Below are positions 23,358 to 34,700 of a stretch of 64,000 bases of DNA, one piece after another. The notes beneath the pieces were generated by a model. It was not told the DNA's origin. It did not search any database and worked only from the letters and a program-made list of their open reading frames with translations. Position 1 is the stretch's first letter; the number at the start of each line of letters is the position of its first letter. This stretch comes from Klebsormidium nitens (lineage: Eukaryota > Plantae > Klebsormidiophyceae), in assembly GCA_000708835.1 (NCBI GenBank), contig DF237312.1, positions 34,625 to 98,624 of the forward strand, read 5' to 3'. The position numbers and the translations under genes are program-made.

Positions 23358-23988
23358 CTTGATCTCCAAGCAAAACTCCCCCCCTCACTTGTGTCCACAA
23401 GGTATCAATGTCTGGACCCAAGGTTCAACCAGCCGGAAGCCTCACTTGAAAGCTATGAGATCTGACTTCTTGTGACAAGTGCGCGCCACAGCCAGAAGCC
23501 GTTGGAACAAGAGCGACGAGAATGTCTTCTTGGTTGACAATTATAGTGTGCTTATTGAAACCCTTGAGTGTGAGACGATTGTATCAGTGTGAGTGCCTGT
23601 TTACACCTTTTGAAACGCATTAGGCTCGTAGCGACCTGAGTAGCCTTCCTTTTGAAAGCGCCCTTGCCCCTCCAGGGGAATGATGTCTCCGCGTTGAGTG
23701 TTCAAACTGTGTTGCACTGTCGAATGGAATGAATGCATGCGAAGAAAAATGCCTGTTGATCAGCTCAAAATGAAGGACGAACATCTAAAAGAACCCGGGA
23801 AAAGCGCAAAACATGGCGACCCTCCAGCACACCGGCAGGTGCTCCAGGACCTATAACGGTTCGCCAGGTGAGGACTCAGAAGCGTGAGTCGGAAAGAAGC
23901 TCTCAAGAAGGTCACTCAGTTGGGTAGATCTGTCCTTCAGACTTCAAGTTCAGCCTCCAGGGCGGATCAGCAAGGAAAAAAAGCTGCC
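23358..23988. promoter_or_regulatory. Putative bidirectional promoter/5' UTRs of EMC7 and TIM13
   Basis: Head-to-head start codons only 631 bp apart. Confidence 0.5.
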
Positions 23989-25231
23989 ATGGATGCTTTC
24001 AGCTCACCACGGCCGTCCTCGTCTGGGGGCCCCTCAAATGAAGAAATGATGGATCAAGTGCGGACGCAGCTGGCGCACGCATACGCGGAAGAATTCTTCG
24101 CTGTAAGTAGTTTTGTGTCCAACTTTTATGCTCATCGGCGGGAGATTACGGAGCTGAAGAAGGGGTGTCAAGAAACTGTTCTTTTCTGTTGAACGGGCCT
24201 TCTGAGTAAACCTTCTTGTAAAAGTGGCATAAGTTGCCACAGTTCAATGTTTTGTCTTCTGTGATTTCAAAATTACCACCCTCTTCGCCTAATGCCTTTT
24301 GAAAATCAGGATCAGCAAACACGGTTATCTACTCGCCGCTCCAGGCTTTCAAGCCGGCAGCTAGCGGCGTCTAATTTGTGTGCAGTGCCTGGATGTCAAA
24401 GTCACCACCCCAGTCTTCTGAGAATGGTTTATGGTTCTACTTAAGTTACGATGTGGGGGTGGTGCGCACGTTGAGGTCCACCTGACCTTTCACAGCTTAA
24501 GTAACAATGATCCGCACGCAATGCTGTACCTATGCCCGAAGCTTTCAGTGACGCTCAGGTCAAGGCAAGCCTTCAAGAGGAATTCACATCAGGATATTGA
24601 AGACAAACTGCGCATCAGCAACCGTTCCTTCTGACAGGCTTGAATTGAAGCATGAAAGGTCGTGACTGAGATGCTCTTACTACAAGTACCATTCAATTCT
24701 GCCCTTGGCAACGCCAGCATCAACTCTGTTCTAGTTCCTCTTATGAACGAGTGTCAAGCGGCTCGCAGACTTCTGTCGTGTTTGTTAAGGTGCCCAAAAC
24801 CCCTGAAATATATCCCAAGTGTTTCCTGGCTGGGGGAAAGTTTAGCAAGTTATATTCGCTGACAGTGCTTGTTTCAGGCTTCTATTGATACTTCCACAAA
24901 AGTGAAGACCAATCAAACACTTGAAGTTTACTTCAAAGTGAACACCAGTGGTTAAAGGTCCACTGGAGTAACATTTGAGCACTTTTATCAGCTTTGTGCT
25001 AACTTTGCAACCGCTTGAAATTTGATGACGAGGCCAGCAAATCATAGAGGTCCTAATTCTTTCTCTGCACAATTGCAGACGGTTCGAGACAAGTGCTTTG
25101 CCAAGTGCATCACGAAGCCTGGGAGCAGTCTGAGTGGCTCGGAAGCCAGTTGTGTATCTCGTTGTGTGGATCGATATATAGAAGCGACCGGGGTAGTCTC
25201 CAGAGCAGTGTTGAATGCTAGTCCACGATAG
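23989..25231 (+). CDS. TIM13: Mitochondrial small Tim chaperone TIM13 (88 aa). Exons 23989-24102 and 25079-25231.
   Basis: MDAFSSP...MMDQVRTQLAHAYAEEFFA|TVRDKCFAKCITKPGSSLSGSEASCVSRCVDRYIEAT: twin CX3C motif and the plant TIM13 signature. Confidence 0.93.
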
Positions 25232-26450
25232 CTCAAACCAACGGGATTGTAATATAATGGTGCAACGGGATAACCCTGACGGGGCTTACTCGGTGTTTGG
25301 ATTCAATGAGGCCAAGCGAGCGAGCAAAGTCTCCTTGTATCACTGCTTAGGGCCCAGGAAGTGTGTCAGTATATTCGCCTCACGGATCTGCTCTTTTTTG
25401 TTTGGATTTTTGGGTCTGAGAGGCTCCGGCTCCAAACGTTGAACCGCTTATTTGGCGAGGTCTTTGTGGGCCCAGCGTTGAGAGCTTTCAAGCGACATCT
25501 GGCTGCTTGCAGTACCGAAAGAGATAACGACAGAAGTTGCCAGTCGAAATCCGGATGGATGTTGCGTAGGTTGTCAGATATGCTTTGTGAATGGTTCCTT
25601 TGATGGTTCGATTGAAGATCATGTATATGTTTAATCCGATGGCACACCTGCATGTATCATGGCCCTCCATTCCGAGCTAGGCTCCATGCTGTGCTTTTGA
25701 TGATTACATGATGCCACCGACTCAGTAGCAATTAAAACCCTTTTCAATCATTTTCTGCATTGAAATCTTATCCTAGGATAACCATGGGCTGGCAAGCTCG
25801 ACTTATGTCACTGAACGTGCGCACTCTTGAGTTCAATGCTCGAGCTAGCTGCCTATGTACTTATATGTACTTACTTTATATACTGCCTTCAGGCTTGTCA
25901 TGCTGCAAGTCGAATGATCCGGCTGGTCACTGTAGTGCGACGGTCCTTTTATGCGACTGAGGCCTGGCATGGGACCGACGTGGTCGGGCCCAATCATGCA
26001 TGGTCGGAGCTATAGCCAGCCATGGAGGCGAAAGCGCTGGTTGACGGTTAATTGCACGCATGGTGATACATGTGGCCACATCCACGCGTCTGCAAGGAAG
26101 TTTGCAAGCTAGCGCTGCAATACGTGCGAACTTCATGATGCGTGCCCGGATATGACTGTAACGTCCGTTTGAACCCGAATGCATCCAGCATGTGTGTTTG
26201 CACTGATTAATTAATGAGGATCTAGCTCAAGAAACTGCAAGTGTGCAACAGCAACTACAACGCAGTGAAACACTGGTGACAGCGGCATCGGTGGAACTTG
26301 GATACAACAGACTTGAGTGGATTGAAACCAGTTGTGGACAACACCTTTTGCAAGTTGCATACGAAGCTGGGCTGTACAGAGTGTTTCTCGACTGAAGATC
26401 GTCTTTCGTTCAGAATCCGAACAGGGGATGAAGGGCCTGCTTGCAGTCCC

Positions 26451-28055
26451 TCAGTCCAAGTCTTCATCGTGCCCCACGAACTCCGCCACTGAATCGAGCT
26501 CCAGCCTCACAACCTCGACGCCCTCTACTCGATGGTCGCTAAATTGCACCACCCCGATCCCCCGCTCCGAATCCCTTTCCAGCAGCCGTCCTCTCCGCCC
26601 TCTCTCCTTTCCCGTAACCACCGCCACGTTTCCCCCTCGTTTGGGAAGCGCCGTCTCAAGGCTGCTCTGGTGCACCCCCTGCAAACTCTGTCCAGTCTCG
26701 TCGACAGTGAGATCCGCTGTGGTGGGGGTCACGACATCAACAACCGTCGCCTTTTTCAGATACAGCCGCCCACTTTGCAAGCTCTTGCTCACAATCCTGA
26801 CCCGGATATGCGGCACCAGCCACGGAGCGTCTTCGCCCCTTCTGTCCCCTTCTTCCACCTCCCTCCTTGACTCGTCGACTTTGCGCTTTAGCCGTATGTC
26901 ATCCCCACGCCTTCCCCCCTCCCTACTTGGCCCCGCCTCGCGGCCGTTCGTGCCGTTTCTTGCCGCGCCGTTGACACGAGCATCTCCATTGGATGCTCTG
27001 CCGGCTCTGTCCGAGTTGTGCCCGTTCACACTCGCCACATCCGCCAACTCTTGTACACGCACTTCGACGACCTCCTCGCTCCCCCTCAGCCTCACGGTCG
27101 CTCGATCCGAGCGCCCTTCCGTCTTCTTAATGCTTAAAATCTCCCCTTTCAGACCGCTATGCCTGCCAGTCACAATCTCCATCACCTTCCCCACGTGCAC
27201 GCCCTTCTTTTCTCTTTCGACTAGTTGCTCATCTACCTTCCGAGAATTCCGAGGTCGGCCATCGCTCCCAGGCGCCGCGACCAGGTCCGGCTTCGGACCC
27301 CTAGTCTCCCCCGGCTTGATGTACTTCCTCTCCTTAACCTCCTGCGGTTTTGGGTTTGCGCCCAACCCCAATCGGTCAGGCCTTGGAACGTTGACGACCG
27401 GCTCTACGACCTTGCCCTTAGCATTCCGCCCGACAGCTTTCCCCTCCACCCACCCCATTCCCCGCAGCATTGCCTTGCCAAAGTCCTCGATCGGCATGCT
27501 GTCATACGCATCCTCATCCGCTTCGTCCGGGAGCTCATTCAGATCTTTCTTGAGCTGCTGCGCCTCTAGTTCCTGAGCGCTCCTGTAAGCACGGGACGAG
27601 CTTTCTGCTGGGGGCTCCAGGGCACCATTGACCTCTCTCCTAACCTCTTTCTTAACCCTGATCTGCAGCCCATACTGCACCCCGTCCACCTTCCCCGCCG
27701 CAATCGTCTCCTCCACCTCAAACCTATCTTCTGTCTTTTGTTCAATCGCGTAGTCCCGCATCGTCTCCTGCAAGCTCCTCATCTTACTTTCTGGCCGCCA
27801 CTTGTTCTCCAGCTTTGGAATAACCTTCAGTTCAGCTGAAGCCTTGCCCCCCGTGGTTTCTATGCGCCCCTCCCCCACAGCAGAAACAAACTCCCTGCTG
27901 ACACCATCGCCCGCCCTTGCTGAGGGGACTGAATTGGACGGCAGTAAAGGCCGCGCTTTGCTCTGCGTAAATTTGAACCCTAGTTTGTTCACCACCGGCC
28001 CTGCTATTGCATCAGCCTCCACCGGGGCATCTGCTGCTTCTTTCTGTGCATCCAT
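26451..28055 (-). CDS. MOS2: G-patch and KOW domain splicing factor, MOS2/GPKOW/Spp2 family (534 aa, intronless)
   Basis: Long ORF with G-patch (SMPIEDFGKAMLRGMGWVEGKAVGRN...RPDRLGLGA), KOW motifs (IVTGRHSGLKG, VVTGKERGRRG) and WLVPHIRVRIVSK. Confidence 0.92.
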   Translation of the reverse strand: MDAQKEAADAPVEADAIAGPVVNKLGFKFTQSKARPLLPSNSVPSARAGDGVSREFVSAVGEGRIETTGGKASAELKVIPKLENKWRPESKMRSLQETMRDYAIEQKTEDRFEVEETIAAGKVDGVQYGLQIRVKKEVRREVNGALEPPAESSSRAYRSAQELEAQQLKKDLNELPDEADEDAYDSMPIEDFGKAMLRGMGWVEGKAVGRNAKGKVVEPVVNVPRPDRLGLGANPKPQEVKERKYIKPGETRGPKPDLVAAPGSDGRPRNSRKVDEQLVEREKKGVHVGKVMEIVTGRHSGLKGEILSIKKTEGRSDRATVRLRGSEEVVEVRVQELADVASVNGHNSDRAGRASNGDARVNGAARNGTNGREAGPSREGGRRGDDIRLKRKVDESRREVEEGDRRGEDAPWLVPHIRVRIVSKSLQSGRLYLKKATVVDVVTPTTADLTVDETGQSLQGVHQSSLETALPKRGGNVAVVTGKERGRRGRLLERDSERGIGVVQFSDHRVEGVEVVRLELDSVAEFVGHDEDLD

Positions 28056-28747
28056 GGATGCTCTCTCGACGAGAAAGATGGTGTTTAATTTGTTCAGTTG
28101 GGGACTTCTGTAGCGGCGCGTCAGAGTCCAGCTTGATCAACTGATTAGATGAAAAAGAGTCAACCGCCCCTAAGGAATGAGAACCTGGCAGCTCATTCGC
28201 CCTTCCAAAACTGCAACACCAACTTGAAGCTGAACCCGCAACTTCAAGAGTCAAGCTGTCCGTCTTGCAAGTTGCAGCCCCTTGCAGTTGCACCATGTGC
28301 AGCACTTCGATACCCAGCCTTGAACTTGAAGTTGGAACTTGAAGGCTGGAACTCTAGGAGGTTTGCTTTTTCACCGAGCTTGACCTCTGAGGAGCATCGA
28401 CGGTCGGCAGTTGCTGACAATTGCAAGTGCTTACCTGCCTTCAGAACAAACGTACTATCGACGGCCGGAAAGAGGCTTTCTTGTGCACGCTCACCACTTC
28501 GAGATGCAGAGCTCATACGGTATGCAATGTACATGTCCGCCCTTGCCAGCACAGGGCGGCTTGAATGCTGGTCATATGATCGTTCTTTGAAATTAAACAT
28601 TGAAAGAATGTGGAGCAAGCTGTCCTAGTGCTCCATACTCAGGTTAGGATAAGGTTACGGCGCAACTATCTTCACAACAAGGCTACCCTGCCGCTGACAT
28701 TTTTGCGGTGTTGATACTCAATTGGCGAATGCAATAGAGGTTCCCAA
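28056..28747. promoter_or_regulatory. Putative bidirectional promoter of MOS2 and BOP1
   Basis: Divergent ATGs 692 bp apart. Confidence 0.5.
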
Positions 28748-31700
28748 ATGGCACGTCAAGGAAAGAGGAAAGCTGGTGACGTGCGAGAGCCCTCAAATGG
28801 CACCACAGACCCAGAAAGCAGCGACGAAGGGGATCTTTTAGAAGGCAACGCTTCCGATGATGAGGGGGCATTAAGTGATGGAAGCGAGGGAGGGCTGGTG
28901 GCTTCTTCTTCTGAGGATGAAGGGGCTCTCGCGAGCGAAGAGGAGGGGTCCGATCCTGAGAGCGATGGGGAGGGGGAGAGTGATGAGGAGAACGAGGATG
29001 GGGAGATTGGGGAAGCCACAGAGGAGTTGGCGCAGGCGGTGCAGGATTACTATCTGGAGCGGGACGCTCGTGAGGGGGAGGAAGCGGAGAATGGAGAGCT
29101 TGTCAGGGGCCAAGAAGAAGTGGGGGTTTCCGGCAGGGGGGAAGAGGAGGAGCGGCGGGGCGCAGGGGAGGAGCGTTTTGGGCCGCATGTGGACGAAAGC
29201 GATTCGTCTGAAGACGAGGTGGGTTTGCACCCTCTTCTATGTCGAATGTGGGAATCAGCTGCGCACCTCCAATCTGCGTCTGGAAACTCGACCACTCCAG
29301 CCATCGCTCGGTTACAAGCCTCCAGCACAGCCCTGCAATGTGATCTCTCTAGTGGTACGGCGTTACCATACATTGACAACCATTACCACCCTGTTCTGTG
29401 CAGCGGCCCGATAGAAACACGGTGGGAAACGTGCCCCTGGAGTGGTATAAGGACGAGGAGCATATAGGTTATACGAAACATGGGAAGAAAATCATCAAGC
29501 AAAAGCGAAAGGATGAGCTGGACAAGTTCCTGAAGCAGGCAGATGACCCGAAAGCCTGGTGAGTTTTGTTCTAAGTTTGCAGGGCGCTTTTGCTTTAGCT
29601 TTCCGGCTTTGTGGTGCCTTCACCTGCAACATGGTGCGCAGCTAATACAGCATCAAATGCCAGCAAAATGAGCATTTTGAACGGTTTGGATAGTGTCCAC
29701 TGTTGTGGTGGCATGCCAGCCCTGAATCTTGGTCGCTACATTCTTTGCAGCGCGGTTTTGTTGGGTGGTATGAGTGTGCTGGAAGGTGTAGCTGCAAAAG
29801 AAGGTTTTGTGAGGTCTTTTGTCTGTCAAGTTCAACGCATCAATGATGACAATTTGAATTCTCTGCAAGTTCCTTGGTATCCTCTGGGCTGCGGCGACTT
29901 TGTCGGTTGGCATTGTCTGCTTCCGAAAAGTCCTCAATCAGGTGTCATTGTAATCCCTGACAACCAGTTCAGTCGAGCGGCTTTGGCCATGTTTGCCAAA
30001 GTACAGGATGCCGAAACTGGTGAAAGCCAAGTTCCAAGGTTCCCGTCACTTTGGGGGCCAAAGTACGGGATGCCCAAATTAGTGAAGCCGAGTTCCAAGG
30101 TTCCCGTCATTTTGGGGGCCAAGGTGGTGTCAGTCAGCGTCAATGATATCTTGTGAATAGAGGCGGTTGATCGAGCACAAGTCCTCTGGTAAGCTTTCTG
30201 CATTGGCCGTTTCTATGTTTCTATTCTTTTGAAACACTGAGGCTTTCTCTGTTTTCCGCAGGCGGACACTGTACGATGAGTACAACGACGAAGACATCGT
30301 ACTCTCCAAGGAGGAGATTGCCATGATCCAGCGGATACGGCAGGGCAAGATTCCGCACGCGGAAGTAAACCCGCACGAGCCGTACGTTGACTGGTTCGAA
30401 TTCGAGGACAAGGGGCAGCCTCTGAGCGGGGCGCCCGAGCCCAAGCGCCGGTTCATCCCGTCAAAGTGGGAGGCAAAGCAGGTAACAATCGCACTTAGAA
30501 GCCATCTTGCGAATTTTTGGATGTTGAATCTGGGTTTAGTCCAGAGTAAGCTGCCTCGGCTGGGAAAATGTGGGCGAACTAGCAGCAGTGATAAGATTCG
30601 AAATCCGTCCATACCCTGTAGCATATTTTAGCCATGAGATGAAGAGCAGGCCTCGTTTTTAAAGAAATTTGGCCAGACCTTTCAACCAGGCCGACGAGCA
30701 ACTCATACAGGGGCGTTGCCGTTCTGGGAGTCTGGGATGCGAAACCTGAAGTTACGAACCATAAGAGACGGAGTCTCAAAAGGGCTGGACTTTGGAGTGG
30801 CTGGACTCATTGCCAATTGATGCTGACCAAAAGTTTGCAAAGCTTCTCCAACTGACGCGATGTTATGATATCCTGCAGGTCGTCAAGATTGTGCGGGCAA
30901 TTCGGAAGGGCTGGATCTCGTTTGACAAGAAGCCGGAGGCGCCGCGTGTGTATTTGCTGTGGGAGGACGACTTTCGGACGGCGGACAAGACGGCCAACGG
31001 GCTCACGTACATTCCACCCCCAAAACCGAAGCTGCCAGGTGAGAAGGACGATTCATGTGGTTTGTCCTTCACAGTACATTGTGGTCCGGATTCTGCTTAT
31101 TTCAACTCACCGCAAAGTGGGGGAATGTTTCGAATCACGCTTGTCGGTGAATCTTCACGCGAGCAGGAAAGTGACAGTCCTGCGTCCTATTTCTGGTAGA
31201 CTCTGTCATCAAAAGCACGAATGGTCTTGTTCTAAATCAAGACTCTTCTACCTTCTGAATGAAAGTGAAGGCGCCGCAAACAAAGCTGTTGCCGGCCCTG
31301 ATTTGTTGGCCTCCGTTTTTTCGCCTTCGGTTTTTGCAGTGGTTTGAAGCCCGTGTCAGTTTTCACACAGCCACCGTACGCGCGCTTTGTCGCTGCTCGT
31401 TGATGCTCACCGACTGCCTTGTTTGTTTCCTCTTTCTTTCTTTTGAAGCTTTTGTGCCGCACATTTTGTCACTGTCGTGCCAGAGCTCTCCGTGCTCCTG
31501 TTCGACTCCTCCATATGTGCCAGAGCATTGACTGTCCTGCGGTGCTGACCCCGTACAACGTCGGGGAACACAGCTGAAAGGGCAGCCGAAATTGCGTCTC
31601 ATAAAGTCAATTAGTTCACTCGTGTACACCAGACTTCACTGATTGTTCATTCATTGACAAACTGGTGTTTTGCCAAAACCTTGTGCACTGGCCCACGATA

Positions 31701-34700
31701 GCAGGATCTTTGGAGGGTTTTTTACTTGATTCATATAGACACTCGTTCGTACGGTGTCCAATTGCCCCTGACAAGTCGTACTCAAACCTGCTTTCTGATC
31801 GAAGTCTCTCTGAGCCAGTTCGACACATCTCGGGCAAGCTCGTTCTGCTCTTAATTTCCGAGTCAATCGAGGCCGATGGTAGTCTCGCTTACTGCACAAG
31901 GTTTCTATATTACAACACAACTGAGGATTCTGACTTTCCTGTCGACTTTAATATTCCTCGCATGCCCATTTGTGTTTCGAGGCCAGGATTATGGATAAGA
32001 CGGGGCTAAGATTGTCCATTGGGTCTCGTACAACTGACGCCTTCATGATAAGTATATTCACAATTCCCGGGGGGGCGTCATAGTTTGTCAGGTAGAGCAG
32101 TTTGGCAGGTTTCGAGCATTTTCATTGGCGAGGCAATGATGAGCCCTGGGTTGCTAACAAGAACCGTAGATCTTAGACCTTCTTCAGGATCCAAGTCTTA
32201 AATCAATGTTCAAGTTTCACTTCCCGGGCTTTGCTTGGTACAGGTCACGAGGAGTCGTACAACCTGCCCCTGGAGTTTCTCCTTACTGAAAAGAACTTGA
32301 GTCATGCATCCGTACATTCATACATTTATACATTCATTCCTCAGACCCAGAGTCAGGTTCTCAGTCTCCGGCTTGTTTGGTACAGGTCACGAGGAGTCGT
32401 ACAACCCGCCCCTGGAGTACCTGCCCACTGAGGAAGAGCTCAACTCGTATGATCTGATGTACGAGGAAGACCGGCCGAAGTACATCCCCCGCAAGTTCGA
32501 CTCGCTGCGGCAGGTCCCGTCGTACGCGAACTTCGTCAAGGACAAGTTTGAGCGCTGCCTGGACCTGTACTTGAGCCCGCGGATACGCAAGAAACGGGTG
32601 AGCGTGGGTTCGGTGGTTGGACGATGCGAGCGGATTTTCCCAAATGTTCCCCTTAATATTTCTGTGGCACTCGGGATGGTTTTTGGCTAGCCAGTGGCCT
32701 GCACAGGTCTCATTCCATCTGCCATCGACTCGAAGTCGCTCATCCCAAGCTCTCTGAACCCTTTCTGCAAAAGCCATCCGCCCTTCTTCACAAGAGATTG
32801 TCATCCTTTTGTGCTAAGCTTCGAACTTGGTACTCTCACAGATTACCATCGACCCCGGGTCACTGACCCTCAAGCTGCCCAACTTCAACAATCTGTCCCG
32901 CTTTGAAAGCCTACCGATCCTACATACACAAACGAACTGTCATCTCTTTGCGCAAAGACTCACGACTCGTTCTTATTTTCGCAGATCAACATCGACCCCG
33001 AGTCGCTCATCCCAAAGCTTCATGAACCCTTCCCATTATAGGCATGCGATTTTCTTTTACGCGAGAGTGTTCTGCGCTGACATCGCTTTCGTTTCTATTG
33101 CAGATCAACTTCGACCACGAGTCGCTCATCTCCAAGCCCCTAGATTAGGGACTTGCCGTCTCGTTCGCACAAGGAGAGGAAGCATTTTTCTCTTGCGTTA
33201 AGATATATTCCCTCTCATCTTGCAGATCAACATCGACCCCGAGTCGCTCATCCCCAAGCTGCCCAAGCCCAAGGACCTGCAACCCTTCCCAACCACCCTC
33301 TACCTCGAGTTCCTCGGACACGAGGGCGCCGTACGGACGCTCGCGACGGACCCGTCCGGACAGTGGCTGGCCTCAGGTATGCGTGACTTTCTTTTACAAA
33401 GAAAGCAGGACTTGCTTGTGAATTTGGAGAATCGAGGCTTTCTTGTTTTTGACAAAAGTGGCACAAGGCTTGTGACGTGCTTTTTTGGTACTCCGGAGTT
33501 GGTATTGAGCCGCAATCGCTGGAGGCTTGGGGTGAGAAAGGGGCCCGGAAGGCTTTCCGCTTTCGATACGAGAGACTGGGTAAGGGTCGGGACGATGCGA
33601 GTGGAGGCTCTGAACAACCAGTGGTAGAAACAGTGTGGAGTTTGGAGCCACAGCCTTCGAAGCCCTTCTTTGAACTGAAACTTCCTTGGTTGCGTGATGC
33701 CCAGACCATTTACCTTGCTCTTAATGTGGTTTCCTGGGGCGGACGAAAGGTAGGAAAGCCATGACGGAAGCTTGCCAGAAAGGCTGACAAGATATCCAGG
33801 CTACCTTATCAAGTCCGAGAGTACTGGTCTCGCGTCGGATGTTACCTAATGTCGTCATCGTCATCAACAGTTTCGATTGAGGTTTTATATTGCTGTTGGA
33901 CAGGAACCGAACCCCGGCCTTTCTGCCTTGCAGGTTCTCGAGACGGCACTGTCCGCCTATGGGAGGTCCAAACCGGGCGGTGCCGCAAAGTCTGGTCGCT
34001 TAACACGCCGGTTAAGTTCCTCTCGTGGAACCCAAACCCGGATCGGCCGCTGCTGGCCGTTGTGTTCGGGCGGAGCGTGCTTTTGATGGGGAGCGGAACA
34101 GGCAACGAAACGCAGTCGGAAGCGGCAGCGGGGTTGGTAAAGTTACAGGAGACGGCGACAGGGGCTGCGGACGAAGGGGCGGTGGTGCGGTGGCAAAAGA
34201 GCGAGCGGGCGGAGGGCCTGGAAGTGGTTCACAAGCACGTGAGTGGGTGCAGGTTTTTGCGCGCAGCTTCTAAACTCTTAAGAGAGGTCACGATCTTTAT
34301 CGACTTCGCGAATGTACCAAGCGCGCTTCGAACCTCCTGAGATGATGATGATATCGCGGAGGTAATCAAAGTGGTATAAAAGGACGCTGGTGCGAGACGT
34401 CTGCAAGGCGGCTCGTTTGTTTTTTCTGCAAGTCGACTTACTTCGAGTTACAGACTCCGCTTCCTGAAGACTTGGCCTCGAGGATTCTTTTTCCCTTCGC
34501 ACGATATGAAGGTTGACATCTTATCAAGCACGGTCTTCTTTCGCCTCTTGTTCTCATTGCTGCCGCCACTGTGCAAGTTCGCTGACATCACTCTTTGTTC
34601 CTTTTGCAGGATGTCGCGCACGTGTCGTGGCACCACAAGGGCGACTACTTCGCGAGCACCTCACCCGACGCCGTCTCAACGGCCGTGCTCGTTCATCAGC

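Noticed and set aside
26332-27576. 414-aa Ser-rich plus-strand ORF
   Set aside because: Antisense shadow of the GC-rich MOS2 CDS.
29611-30156. 181-aa ORF
   Set aside because: It lies within BOP1 intron 2, includes the 62-bp tandem repeat and has no recognisable motif.
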